From NCBI RefSeq assembly GCF_009914755.1, contig NC_060927.1: a stretch of DNA of 64,000 nt. The stretch is one strand, 5' to 3'. Below the pieces are notes generated by a model, which did no database searches, was not told where the DNA came from, and saw nothing but the letters and a program-made list of their open reading frames with translations. The position numbers and the translations under genes are program-made. This DNA comes from the human T2T-CHM13v2.0 reference genome, Homo sapiens. Numbering within the stretch: the stretch's first letter is position 1; every line of letters starts with the position of its first letter. Shown piece by piece: positions 1 through 16,930 of the stretch.

Positions 1-185
1 CCATGCATTACACACCTGAAAAAAACTTATTTCAGCTACAGACCTTTACAAAAAATAATTACAAGTAATTTTGTTTGCTATTATATTCTATTAATCCAAG
101 TTTTTCAAACCTCCATGACATGTTCTAATGGGTTTCAACTTTCTTCCCCTCCTTAGTATAAATGTACACTGCCATATTTGGTCAC

Positions 186-632
186 TGTTAGGGACTGAAT
201 GGTGTCCCCTAAAAAGATATGTTTAAATTCTAACCTCAATCCTACCTGTCAATATGACCTTGTTTCAAAATAGCATCTTTGCAGCTGTAATGAAGTCAAG
301 ATGGGGTCACAAGGGTAGGCTCTGATCCAAAATCACTGGTGTTTTTGTAAGAGGGAAATTTGGACACACACGTACATACACAGAGAACACTGTGTGATGA
401 CAGAGCAGAGAACAGACTTACGCTGCCATAAGCTAAGGAATTCCTGGAGCTACCAGAAACTGAGACAGACAAAGAAATTACCTATTCTAGAGGGTTCTGA
501 GGGGCAAGGCCCTGCTGGCTGACACCCTGATTTCAGATTTCTTGCCTCCAGAAATGTGAGAGAATAAATTTCTCTCGTTTAAGCCACCCAGTATGTGGTA
601 CTTCGTTACCGCAGCCCGAAGAAACAAATACA
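186..632 (+). mobile_element. MaLR solo LTR (MLT1A/B/C-like)
   Basis: TG...CA termini (TGTTAGGGACTGAATGG...AAATACA), MLT1-type body with AATAAA, and a perfect 5-bp TSD GTCAC at 181-185 and 633-637. Confidence 0.85.
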
Positions 633-3600
633 GTCACACATTTGTGATTATATGTGAAAGTGGTATATTATAATCACATGATCAGATGTTCAAAGTAATA
701 CATTTCAATAGAACATCTAAATTATCTTTCAGTTTAATTTGTTCTTCAATGTTTCCACTGAACAACAGAGCCTCAATCTCTCTTTATTATTTTAATCTAT
801 AAAGGGCACTTTTTGTAATGATCTCATGTGTCTTGCTGTTTACAGCACATCTATGAACCATTGATGTATACATATATCCTCAAACAAAAACTCATGCTCA
901 AACAATAAATCTGAAGAGACAAAAGATTAATATTTTTAAAAGATTTAGAAAACGGAATGGTTATGAAGTACTTCACATCAAAACAATCAGACATGAATAC
1001 TATTTTACACCCTACCCAATTAGCACTGAATGCTAATCTGTTTGGATTCTTGGAAACTCCACTTCTTTGTTAAATCACTGAAAAACAAGACTCTTCTTGG
1101 GCTAGATTCCAAGCACTCTTGAGGCTATAGGATTATCACTGTAGCTTGTCTGTTTTATAAACAAACTTTAATTTAGTTTTGTAAGAAACTGCCAAAGGAG
1201 CTTTCTTTAACTAAATAACAACTCTGCCACTTGAAAGACATCATTCATCAACTTTCTTTGTGGGAGTATTGTTATTATGAAACTAAAAGCAGGCATTCTT
1301 TCTTGAGTGCTTCTGGATTTTAATTATCAAATTTTAATGTCACCAGATATTTACTGAAAGGAAAACATCAATTTTAATAAGCTACCTAAGACTGAAAAAC
1401 ATAAAAGGTATTCCACTGCAAAGCCAAGTTCACTTGAGTCTTGTGAGTTTGCTTAATATATATAATAATTGGTATCATTCTCAGGAATATATAAACATTT
1501 AACAAATGCTCATCTGTGGGGGAAAAAAGTCCTCAATTTTAATATCCAAATATCATATGTGCATAATATATAATCTGATTTAGAAGAAATTAAAATACTT
1601 GCAATAAGTTTTAGTTACTAAGAAACCAGGAGTTGGGGGCTGAACAGTATTAACATGGGGCTTAGAAAAAAAAAAAAAAACTAAACTAAATAAATGAAAT
1701 AAATAGCAAATAAATGTATTACAAGTAAGCATTTTATTAAAATTTAAAAAGCTAATGGTGGAATTCATTTTAATTACATCTGAATAATTTCGTTTTCTTT
1801 TGTATTTTGTAAAATATACCCTAGAGAGGAAACTGCTATTAAAAAAAAAAAACTTTCACTTTTCATTGAAAAATCAACAAGAAAATTACATTGTATCTAG
1901 CTAGCTAAGCAGCAGGGGTGCAGTTAGCCAAATACACAGGGCCATAAAGTCCTTAACAGTCAAAGATTCTGCAAGCTCTCACCTGCCTCCCCTAACAGAC
2001 TCCCTTTGTTTAACTTTGAAAACATTTGTCTAAATAACTTTCTTGTGGCCTCTACTTTCATGGTGTGTTAAAGAAATGAGCCCCTTCATTTCCAAACTTT
2101 AGAAAAGTCTATTCACACCACTCAGATGCTTGAAATATGCATAAAAACATTCTCATCAAGATAAAATAAACTTTTTATTCATTTACAATAAATCAATCTC
2201 AGAAGATTTTTCAAGCTTTCTAAAGCAAATTCTACTTCCTATCTGGCAGACATACTTCTACATAAGAGATTGATTACTATTTGTCTTCTGAATCCAAGAT
2301 AAAAATTATTATTTTGAAGTATCAAAAATTCATATTTTCATTCCTCTAGTTTCCCATTTAAAAGGAAAAAATGCCTTGAATGCAAACAAATATAGAAAAA
2401 ATGAGTAAATGTATATGTTTATATCAAAATACTTGTGTTCAAAAGAAATTAGTTGCCTATTTTGATTTATTTAGAAATATTTTCTACTTGCAATTGGTCC
2501 TTTGTCCTCATCAAATTCAAAATAATTGCAATTTTCACCATTAGTAAACAAAAAAAGGAGAAACAGAAAAACTAGGTTAATTTTTTAAATGTAAAATTAT
2601 TTTAATGATGAATATAAGCCATTCCCTTTCATGTATCATTACATATTTCATAGATATCCAATATAGTATAATTTATTTATAAAAGACAAACCTTCTTAAG
2701 ATTCTCTTGCAAATAATTGTTATAATAACAAAAACAATATTTTTACTATAGAAACTACTACTAAAGTTGAAATATTAACAGACTGAGGTAGCAACAGTAG
2801 CATTTAGTCTGAAACAACTTAATTTTCATTTGTGACATTGAAATGTCTGAGGTGAAAATGTTATGAATAACCAGAAAATAATTTAATAACTGAAAAAATG
2901 TAAATTGGAGTCAGGAAGCCAACCAAAGTTACAAAGAACACTGGGAGAAGAAATGGCATCAGAGCATGAGATTTCCTGGCTCCACATTCCTGTACTTAGT
3001 TAAACAGCACTTTTTTCATTTTCTTCTCACAATATACAGAACTATGAGAAAATGTGGTAATTGATGTAGCATTATAAACATGCCCATTAAACTGTGAGGT
3101 CCAGTAACTATTAAAACTACCACTTAAAGCACAAATTACACATACAGATCAATCTCTTTATATGGTAAACTGAAAACCTGTGAGGACTTGCAAAACTATT
3201 TCAATGACCATGCTATCAACATTTGTATAAATATAAATTTAAGCATTTAAATTAATACTACTGTATTCTTTACTCAAAGCAATGATGTCATACAGTAACA
3301 TAAGGAAAGAAAGTAGGTTTGTTTGCAGCTTTTGTTTTGTTGTTGCTCTTGTTATTATTGTGGCTGCTGTTGCTTTTGATTCAACTTTTAACCATGTATC
3401 TTCAACGTACCAATTGCAAAATGTTTTTTGGTACACTATCTTGTAAATAACCAACACAAGTAGAAACAGCAAGCATAGTGATCTGTAGTCCTTTAAGGGG
3501 AAAGGCACTTTATTAATGGAGCAGATTACAAATTATTCTTTGTTTAGCCAAACAGTCAATGGAGAAAAATATTTCTGCCGGATGCTCCTGAAGCCTTTTA

Positions 3601-3677
3601 AATACAGGCTAGCTTCTTCTAGAGCTAATTTTTCTATGTCAAATACTTTTTTTAACTACAGAACATGTAACCCTCCA

Positions 3678-3678
<1 letters not shown>

Positions 3679-3718
<40 letters not shown>
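3679..3718. repeat. (CA)20 microsatellite
   Basis: Pure CA tract read directly. Confidence 0.97.
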
Positions 3719-3721
<3 letters not shown>

Positions 3722-6700
3722 CATTTTGTCATTTATTTTTTCTACAACACTGGTTATTAAGGCATGATTCAAAGGCTCTGAAATGACATTAATGTTAATG
3801 TTAAGGCAACATCTATGTTTTCCTCTCTGGCCAGAGCTTTTGTTAATCTTTATTTTCTTCACAGTCTATCAAAGGCAGAGCTATTTTTTCCACCTCAGTT
3901 GACTTTTTTTTTCCAGTGGTTGTCTAGCAGTGTGTAGGAGGGGAAAATGGGTTGTAGCACCCTGGCTCACTCAAGCAGTTCAAAAATAGGGAAAATCTCA
4001 GTATCCTTCGGCCATCATCTGAGTGTTTTAAAAAACACAGTGGCCAACACCAGACCTTGCAGAGCAGCTGATTAATACACACTTTTCAGAAGAAATAAAT
4101 TTTACTATTAAAATGGTTAACTGATGAAACTGCCAGTAAAATCATAGAAATGCCTCCTATCAATTATACATTTGTTAGCAATGACAACCTTCACATCCAT
4201 TTTTACTTGCGCCACTAAAACTTTAAGTAATATAATACTTAGAGTTTCTCCTTTTCTCTATGCTTCAAACTACAGACTTCTCCACATGTTCTTTACCTTC
4301 TCTCCACACATACACACACATACACATGCAAGCTTTATGCTTGTCAGAAATCACTGAATTACTCTTCCCAGAAATGTCAGCTCAGAATGGTTTAGACACC
4401 CAGCTGGAGTAGCACCAACTCAGTGTGACATTGAACTGTTTGCAGGAAAAGAGAAAGAAAGAAAAAGAACAAAACAACAGAGCACCAGCAACAACAACAA
4501 TTTGGGAAAAATGATATAAAAGATGAAGGTTTACTGTATCAGTCGGGGGAGGCATGCAGCCTGCTCATGCCTTTTCTCTACTAGAAATCATTATCTACTC
4601 TCAAGGCAAAAGACTTTCACTGTGCCCTAAATATCTACTTCAGTAGCATATACAATTATGTGACTATAATTTCTACCTCTCTCCTTCTACACAGGACCTA
4701 AGTAACTAGGAAATGTATTGAATGCCATTTACTTCTTTATCTTTCTATTTATTACATTTATGTAAAATTGCTTTAAAATTCGGGCTACTCATTCATCATT
4801 AACAATCAACTAAAATTTTAAAAAGCAATCAGTTCAGAATTGACACCTAAATTTTTTCTCATCTCCCCTTAAATGTATAACAATCCGCATTTATTGTTGA
4901 CACAACAGAGGTGCAGGAACATTAAAATATGCATTTTGATTCATGTACTCATCCAGCACAATTTCTTCAATAAAGCGGGCAGAATCACATGAAGTAATAC
5001 TGATTAAGTCAATTAACTCCAAATTACTGTTTCTACTATTACTGTCCTTCATTTTTAGCTCAATTATAGTAATGTCCCTAGTGAGCTACTTACAGAATCA
5101 AAGAAACAATTCTGTAGTGAATTTATAATATTCCCAGTAACCAGCGTTGTCATACCGATTAGGTGGAGTCATTCTACTAAACCATATACTTTGTTGCCTA
5201 ACTACCTTTGATTGTTTTGCTTATGTAGAAACATTTCATGGGAGACTTTTAGGTTCTGATTGGTAATGTACAGATTTTCATAGATCAATAGATCTCATAA
5301 TGCTGACTATTCAGAATGAGGCCACTCTGTAAATGAAAACATGCTAAGAAGACTCTTCTGTGTTCTGTAGAGCAAAATGCCTCAGAGCTCCATGTGCAAT
5401 GGCACATTTTAGACTCAGTTTGCATTTGGAATCCTAAGGGAACCTAGAAGTGAATGTGTCCAAATATATTACTAGAAAAAGAAACACAGTTCGAAAGTTT
5501 ATGTGCCTGTTATGGTGTACCAAGAATGGTACATTATTATGAATTGTTATGAAACATTTATCAAATGTAAATTCTGCATAAACACAGCTGGCCACAGAAC
5601 ATTGTCAGTAAACAGAACAAGGATAACAGTAATATCCAATTAAGGATATGCTATATCAGCATAGAAACCAATAAATTTTGTCTTAGGGTTGCATTTAGGA
5701 CAGTGAACAAAATTCACTTGGACACTTAAAATGCAGGCAAGAATACACAGAATGAGTGACCTCATTGTGAATAGTCAGCATTATGAGAGCTATCAAAATC
5801 TATGGGAATCTATACATTATCAATCAAAACTTAAATGTCTCCCATGAAATGTTTCCACATAAGCAAAACTATCAAAATTATCAAATGGAAATTATAAAAC
5901 ATCTACTGAGTTAGAAAATGTTTCAAGTTTCCACAGAAGATGTAAAAGTGGGATACAAGTTTACCACATCATATATGATTACATCCAATTAAAACACTGT
6001 ATCCACTCAAATTCCTAGTCAAAGGAGTTATATGCCTTGTCAATGTACTGATACCCTAAAGAGTAAAATTTAATGGATGACTTGGCTGGATCAGGAAGAA
6101 TTTCAAAACTACTAAATTTGAAAAAAGAATTATAAAGACATTTGTAAAGAACTTAGTTTTATTAGGTCAATGGCAGAAATACAATGTGAAAAATAAAAAT
6201 TTAACATAAATATCTGACTTCCCAAGATGTTAGCACTTCTTGAAAAGTGTACAAGAATAAACAATCACTATAATATTTCTCTACCTTACTTCTGTCACAC
6301 TGTGGCAACTCAAATTCCTCTTGTTATTCCTGGAGAATTTTAAAGCATTAATTAATGCTAAAAGGCAACAGGAAGATTCACCACCCTCAAGATGAATAAA
6401 CTGTGGCCCAAGAATATTAAGTGACGAGCCCAAAGTTACATAATTGGTTAGACGTCTACGAGTATGTTTGGGTTCATCTCTAATTGAGAGAGAAAATTAT
6501 AAATTATAAATATATAATTATGCCATTTTACACCTGGAAGAGGGTTTTTTATGTTTGAATTTGATGGTTTTACTTGTTATGGGTATTTGGCCAGTATTCA
6601 TAGAAAATTTAGAGTTCACATACCTCCATAACTGAATTTTCTATTTTACAACCCTATGAGGCCAGTTTTTCTGACCTGAAAGAAATATTAGAGGTTTCTT

Positions 6701-7134
6701 AAAGGTTTTCCTATGTCAGAAAACTAAATACAGAGAGGTTAAGAGTCTCACACTAAAATTTAACTAACATGTTAAGACACTATATATTTTCATTAATATT
6801 GGTTTTCCAATTTGGAAATCTAAATAAACTATCACTATCATGAATATTCCATATATATTTAAAATAGCCCAGAAATGGAAAACTCTATCATTTTCCTTAT
6901 TTTGTTTAAGATAGATCCTGAAATTTAACATTAGAATGGCCAAACAATAAACTTGAATGAGGATATCTAAATGAAGAATCCTGGCTATAAAATTAGGATT
7001 TGGTTGATGTCAATTCAGTCTTTGCCAGCCCAGTTCAGTTTCTCACTTAAGTCAAAATACACAGATGGAAGTTACATCTCCCACCCACATCTACCACATC
7101 CGCAGATTCAATCAAACTATGTCTTTAAAACACT

Positions 7135-7990
7135 TGTCTCCAATACCAAATTCTGGTGTGGATGTGGAGCACCAAGAACTGTCATTCGTTGCTGGTGGGA
7201 ATGAAAAAGGGTAGAGCCACTTTGGAACCAGTCAAGGGGTTTCTTACAAACTTTCTTGAAAGTTTCTTATGTGCTTTCTAAACTTATGCATACCCTGAAA
7301 ATCTAGCAATCTTGCTAGGTATTTTACCCAAATGAGTTAAAAGCCTAAATCCACATGAATACCTACACACAAATATTTATTGCAACTTTATACATGATTA
7401 CCCAAAAAATGGAAGCAACCGAGATGTACTTCAAGGTGTGAGTGAAAAACCAAACTGTGATGCAACCACACAATGGAGTATTATTCAGTGGCATAAAGAA
7501 ATGAGCTACCAAGTTATGAAAAGACATGGAGGAACCTAAAATGCAAATTGTTAGGTGACAGAAGCCAATCTGAAAAAGTTACATATTGTGTGAGTCCAAC
7601 TATGTAACACTGTGGAGAAGGCAAAACTGCACAGACAGTAAAAAGATCAGCGGTTGCCATGGGTTCAGGGGGGGAAGTGAGACAGTAAGTAGATCACGGG
7701 GCATTTTTAGGGCAGTGAAACAATTCTATATAACACTGTAATGGTGGATATATTACATTATGCATTTATGGAGCATAGAACAGCACAACACAGAAAGTGG
7801 ACCCTAATGTAAACTCTAGGCTTTAGTTAATAATAATGTATCAACAATAGTTTATCAACTATAACACACTACACCAATGCAAGATGTGAACAGGAGAAAC
7901 TGCTTGGGCAGAGGAGATTTATGGGAACTGTAATTTCTGAATAATTTTCCTGTAAACCTAAAATGACTCTGAAAATGAAGTCTATTAAAA
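7135..7990 (+). mobile_element. Old LINE-1 3' fragment (L1MC-like)
   Basis: Typical L1M 3' motifs: GATGTGGAGC..CATTCGTTGCTGGTGGGAATG, GGAAGCAACC, GAAGCCAATCTGAAAAAG, CCCTAATGTAAAC. Ends approximate. Confidence 0.8.
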
Positions 7991-8067
7991 CATTGAGAAT
8001 ACTGTCTCATGAACTAGCTACTATCATAAGTAAATTCACATAAAGCTATTAATGTTAAAAGCAAATA

Positions 8068-9599
<1,532 letters not shown>

Positions 9600-9717
9600 T
9601 ATACAAAGCGACTCACATTTACCCCAAAACAATTACATGGTGACGTTTAGGTTAACTATTAAGTAAAAAGCAACATAAATGACCTTTACACCAAAACATC
9701 TGAAATATTCTTCTTAC

Positions 9718-9968
9718 CTGTCCTGTGACTGTTCTTCATACATTCTCTCCTTGCCTTCTTTAAAGAGTCTTATTGCCCGTTTTGACTTTTTCATAAGGCT
9801 ATCAATGTAGATTTTAAAGTACTCATTCTCACTGAGTTGGGCAAGTTTCTGGTTGTCATCATATTTACTCAATATAAGTCGTAAATGCTGATATGTATCA
9901 GGCAAAATATCAAGTATATATGGTGGGCTATTTTTCAACTGAAGTTTGGGATTTTGGCACAGTCTTAC
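9718..9968 (-). CDS. CBLB: CBLB second coding exon (251 nt), four-helix-bundle part of the TKB domain
   Basis: Translates [83 protein letters not shown](R), recognisable as Cbl-b. Acceptor ttatttttatctttgtttttag|GTA, donor CAG|gtaaga; in phase with the previous exon. Confidence 0.98.
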
Positions 9969-10766
9969 CTAAAAACAAAGATAAAAATAAAATAAGTCAT
10001 AATATTTTATTTCACAGAAAAATTAAAAAGTTAGAGAACCATGTCCTATTTCTTCATTTTTCCATAATATAAATAATGATCTTAACTTACTATCTCCAAT
10101 TTATTAACTGATAGTCACGTTTGTCATAATATAAATAAATCCTATTCTGTTCTCCTACCATTCAATCTTTTCTATATCATATCCTTATTTTGAACCTCTA
10201 AAGTTTAATTCTAAGATACCTCATTGTGCATAGCTTAAAAGAACTCCAGTATGCTAATCACTGTATATCACTGATAGTCTTTTTTTTTAAATAAAAATGA
10301 GGAAATGGGCCTTCTCTGTTGACAACCAATGTCTCACATTTATATGTTATTTTACTACACTGAATTCCCAGCTGTTGCTGTCTCATAGTTTGTTAATTAG
10401 CGTTTTGGTGTACTGTTCTGAACCCCGAGGACAATAAAACAAAGAGGTGCAATTTGAATAACTGAGTTATTAAGTAGTAAATGTGTGTCAGGTCAGAACC
10501 AGTCTTTTCCACCTCCCCATACTGTCTACCACGCCTATAAACATGTGGCATATAACGGTTCAGTCATCCCATCACAGGTGCTGCCCAACCACTGGGGCGT
10601 TCAGGGGCTGCCTGCAGAACTGAAAGTACCTTCTGCCGGCCAGAGAAGGTAGTAATCCAACTAATGTATTCACTTCTACATGTTCATGTGATTTAGCCAA
10701 GAGTAAGTTAGTCCACCACATTCTTATCCCTCCAGAAAGGGCATAATCAACTCTTTACATAAATAA

Positions 10767-11234
<468 letters not shown>

Positions 11235-11454
11235 TAAGAGTATAATATCTTAAACATAATTGGCTAAAGCCTCCTGTTGGGTGGCACTGGAGTGGCTGTG
11301 GGTATTTTTGGAATCTGGCTAATGGAAATTTGAATTGAAGACACATTTACTTTGGGTTTAATGGAAGGTATATGTGAGGCATACAGTCACTCCTGTAAAA
11401 TGGTTTAATTACTGTCAGCAATCCCAATGAAACTGAAATAAGGCAGGCAAAGAA

Positions 11455-11835
11455 AGAATATACTATTAATATATGATCTCATTTTCACATGCAAAATCTT
11501 AAAAGAAGGAGTTAAGCAACAAAGAAACAGAGAGTAGAACAGTGGGTGGGCCCCAGGGATGGGGAGGGGAAGAAATGGAGAGAAGAAGGTCAAAGAGTAC
11601 AAATTTGAAGTTATGTAGGATAATTAATACTGGAGATCTAATGTACAGCATGAGGCCTATAGCTAATAATACTGTATTCTGAAAATTTGCTAAGAGAACA
11701 GAGTTTAAATGGTCTTACCACAGAAAGGTAATTATGGAAGGTGAAGGATATGTTAATTTATTTGATGTAGTAACCATTTCACTATGTGTATATATATCAA
11801 AGCATCATGTTATACACCTTAAATAAATACAATAT
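11455..11835 (+). mobile_element. LINE-1 3' end fragment (L1MA/MB-like)
   Basis: GGTCAAAGAGTACAAATT, GGAGATCTAATGTACAGCATG, AATTTGCTAAGAGA, CATCATGTTATACACCTTAAAT motifs. Confidence 0.8.
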
Positions 11836-12373
11836 TTTTTAAATCTGTAATAGAACTTTTTTTAAAAGATGGTTTTAGAAATACCTGAGGTGCCCACAAT
11901 GCTGACTAGCCTACCATGGGAACAGTGAAATCCAATTCAAATCTGGCAATTTGAATGTGTTTCATGGCACCCAAAACTGGAAGTATATGCGGTAACGGAA
12001 GATAATCAAAGTATAAAATGTACAGAGCCAAAAACTAGTCTAGATTATTTCTCTAATCACTTGTAGATATACCGGCTTTTTAAAAACTATAGTGCTTTGT
12101 GGATTTTTCTCATTCTAAAAAAAATTCACTTTCATAAACAATTTGATGTTTGTACTTTCGTATTCTTTATATTTAGAAAGATTCTTTCAAATCATATAAG
12201 TTTCAGGGGACATAAAACATGGATCTGCCTCTGGGCACCCATAAAAGTGCCTGGGACAAATAAACAATCGAACTATAATAACTTCAAGCATAACGAACAC
12301 AATAAATCAAGGAACTAACAAATTTAAAGGGTACTCTTATACACACTATCACACTTACTTTCTTAAAGAAATT

Positions 12374-12703
<330 letters not shown>

Positions 12704-14024
12704 TCAGGGTTTTTTTCAGGGGGAGTAGATGGAGAGAAAAATCTGGTTCAAATTTCCAACCATCAGCCTCTAATTTAAGATGTTTTTCACATTAACCCAG
12801 GGCATGATCTTATATTCTTCCTCTTTGTAAACAATGCCTTAAAGCAGAATTGCTGAGTACATAACCAACAAATTAATGGATTGGTTGACTGCTATTTTTT
12901 TTTCACAAATAGTTTGATTGTATTATTTCCTTTATTTTTACAATTGAACTCTAAAGTATCAAGTATTCAAATTAATAATCCAAAGGTATAGGCTTAGTTA
13001 AAAAGTAATAATAGTATTTTTATCTCCAAGAAAGTCCTTGGAAAGGTAAGATGTCATCTCATTTACTAAATAACAGCAAATCTTTACAAAGTATAGTGAA
13101 AATGGCTGACAGAGCTTTTTTTACCCCCTTTTTAATACGTGATACGTTAGTATAATCAGAGTTCATTCTGCCCTAAAGATTAAGTCCCAAATATGCCAAT
13201 TATTTAACAAATCCTGCTTGAAAAAGAATATGGTTTTTAAATTATTTAAACCAAAAATACTATCACAAGTATACATAAATACCAAGAATATTGCCACCAA
13301 CATTCTACAGCAGGCATAGTTTAATGTCAGCAACATAAAACTTGGTGTAACATGTCACAGACTGATACATTATTTTCTTCTAGTTTGGGGACCAGGTAGC
13401 TTCAAATTCATTTCCTCTACTAGAGAACTTTTTAACTGATACATACAAAATTTCTGTCAGGTATTTTTTTTCCAGACATTCCACATAAATATTCTTTGAC
13501 AGAAACGTTTATGTTTTACAAATATTTAATTCACTATTCTTTATCTGAACTTTTTTCTCATTTGCTTTATTTAAAACTGTAATTCCATGTGGGAATTTAT
13601 TGCTTTATCAGGTGGAAATTGCTTGAACTACTATATGCCAGGTACTGAGCTTAGAGCTAGGAAATTATAGATGACTAGAACATACTTCCTGATTCAAAGA
13701 GATGCAAAGAGTCTGGCAGAAGAGACGTAGTTCTCTATAATTAACTTAAGAGCAATGTAATTCTTGCTCTAAGGGATCTTAGTAAAGATTCCACCCAATC
13801 CATTCATTTCCAGATTTAAAAAAACTAAGAACTAGAAAGATTAAGGGACCATTAAAATATCATTAATCCAATACAAGAGCTTGTATCTTCTGAATCTCGG
13901 GCTGATCTTTCTAACTGTATCACAATTTAATTAAAATTAGGCATATAATTAATGATCCCTGCTAAACTCATTTACATTTTTATTTTATTCCATTTGCAAA
14001 TTTACGTAAACTTCAGGACCCATT

Positions 14025-14440
14025 TGTTAATTCAACAAACATTTATGTGGCAGGCATTGTTTCAGGCTCTAGGGAACACAGAAAGGAATAAATCACACAC
14101 CTGCCCTCAAGCAGCTGCCTAGTGGGAAAGACTGGTGGCTTAGGAAAAGAATTACAGGAGAATTTAGTGCTATGATGGAGGCAAGTACAAACTGCTACAG
14201 GAGAAAAGCAGCAGCTCACTCATCTCCACATAAGAGTGTCAGGAAATACATACTTAAATTTGCCAAAAGGAGTATTCTAGGCAAAGGAGTGTGCTAAGGC
14301 TTAAGAGACACCAGAGAGCAAGCATGTTAAGAGAGAAGTAAATGCAGTTATTCTAAAAGATCAGAGCATAAGAAGGAAGGCTGTGAGTGAGTAGTACGAG
14401 AGATCTGAAATAGGCCAGAGTCAGTTCATCAAGGCCCTGT
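14025..14440 (-). mobile_element. L2 3' fragment
   Basis: ATTCAACAAACATTTAT..GGCAGGCATTG..CCTGCCCTCAAG signature; degenerate, ends approximate. Confidence 0.55.
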
Positions 14441-15673
14441 AGGCTAAACTGTTTTCTAAATTTGCACTTGGGAAAGTGCAACATACAATGCTGAACTACG
14501 GTATGCCACTGGGTGCGCAGTTCATCAGTTGGATTACTATTAAACCCTGTGATTTATGACAGCTTCTGCCAAAAATGAATAACCCTACATCAGGACTATG
14601 ACTTCTAAGCAGGTCAAATTCAATTCCATTCAATAAATATTTATTGAATACCTGCTATGTGCAAGGAGCTGCAAAAGCCAGGAAAGAAAAATTGCTTTTC
14701 TAAAGGCAGTATATTAGAGAGAAAATCAAGCTCACCACCAGGGTCAAGTTCAGATTCAAATGGTTACACCTCTTCTAGAAATACCTAAATTGCTTCCTAG
14801 AATGAAGCTTGGTACTAACACAGAAGAGCTTTGACAAAGAACAAATCTGTAGTCACATTATAAAATGATGAACTTTGTAGGGCACCGATTGGTGCATAAA
14901 AGAATTGGTTCAATAGCAATATTGCTCTTTTCTGTTGAACTAAAAGGCAAAACATTTATTATTGGAATTAGGCTGAAAATTCCACTATAGCCATTGACTC
15001 AAAAAATTTGGAAATTACCAGGACCAATTCCTTTTGACGTGTCAATATTGAAATACAGAACTAGAACCTAACTAAGGTTACTGCTCAGAACCCTGATAGC
15101 TGGACTTGAGAATCAGGAACTGTCTCCATACCAATATACAACTGAGTTTTGTATTTGCTTAAATGTATTAGAAATATTTAAGGAGACTCTCTCTGTACAT
15201 GCATTGTTTCACATGAATAAAAATATATTATTAATATATTGGCTATGCATTCCAATACATAAATATGTATTTAGATACATATATTCAACCATATCAAAGC
15301 AAAAGCACAAATACAAAAACAGGATTTACTAATGCTATAAGAATTTTCAAAGTCATTACTTATTCTTGGAATAATCTTGCATTTAAAGAGTTTTCTGACT
15401 GCGCCTTAATTAAAACTTCCAGCCAAAAGGTAATAAAAATGTATTAGATCAGATAGTACATTCCTTGCAAACAAGGTTCAAACCAGCCTGTGAAACATAG
15501 GAAAGAACTCTTACCAAATAAAATGAAAATTTCAACAGTAAGGAATTGTGCCTATACTATAAGACTTTCATTATAAAACACGCCTCACTTCATGGAGCAT
15601 TCAGTTACACTGAACCAAGTCATATACTCTCAAGTGAACTGCCTCATTCTTAAAAACAATATAGAAAGCCCTG

Positions 15674-16002
<329 letters not shown>

Positions 16003-16754
16003 CTATAAATGTTAGAAGAGGTTTCTTATTACAGTGACCTAAAGTATATATATATCTCTCTCTTTATAATAACAGGTACCGAAGAGTTCTTTGGGTTCTT
16101 TCCATTTTAATGCAGCAAATAATTACTAAATATAAAAATTATAAAAATGTATTTTACTAAGTATAAAAATGTACAGTGTAAAAAAGTATAAAAATACACT
16201 TTTTTAATAGATTATTAATTGGGCAAAACAAAGTTGGCATATAAAATTGATCATGAGTCCAGCACAGCTGAATTTACAGAAAATTACCAAGACCTTTATG
16301 GTTTTCCACGAAGATGTCTTCAGAAGATTGACATTAAGAAGCACCATTAAAGAACTGACTAGTTGTAATTAAAATATCAATTGTGTATTCTGTTCACTCT
16401 CTTTCTTCCAAATGAGAATGGAACTTCCTTGAAAGTGAAGAACAGTCTTTCTCATTGGTCTCTCTCTATCACCTAATATGGAACTTTGCATATAGTAGAT
16501 GTGCAACAAATATTTGATGGCAGAAAGGAGGAAGAGGAGGAGGAAGCAAACAAGGTAAGGACGAACCTCTCAGGAAAATTATATTACAAATAGCATATCC
16601 ACAACTACATTGAATAAAGCTGCCTAAAAATGAGTACAAAGTTTGGAGAAGAATTTGATAATATCAAATATGGAAGTGGAGGAGGGGAAATGCCCTTTTG
16701 ATTTACTTCCTTTGGAAAAAGGAAGCATCATATTATTCCATGGAGCAGTGTGCT

Positions 16755-16930
16755 TCACTCTTCATACTGTGAACACAGACATTAGAATCAAGCAAACCTA
16801 GGATCTGGCCCTAACATTTACTAGCTTTACAACCTTGGGCAGGGTTCTTCTTCGGGAAACCTCTTAGGATATTATAATTCTTACAAGAGGAAATGTAAAG
16901 TGCTATGCACTGTGTCCAGAACATAGTTAG
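16755..16930 (+). mobile_element. MIR fragment
   Basis: ATTTACTAGCT..ACCTTGGGCAG core and ATGTAAAGTGCT..CACTGTGTCCAGAACATAG tail. Confidence 0.5.

Noticed and set aside
3516-3862. ORFs with HTHT or CVCV repeats (also near 17767 and 29634)
   Set aside because: Translations of (CA)n microsatellites.
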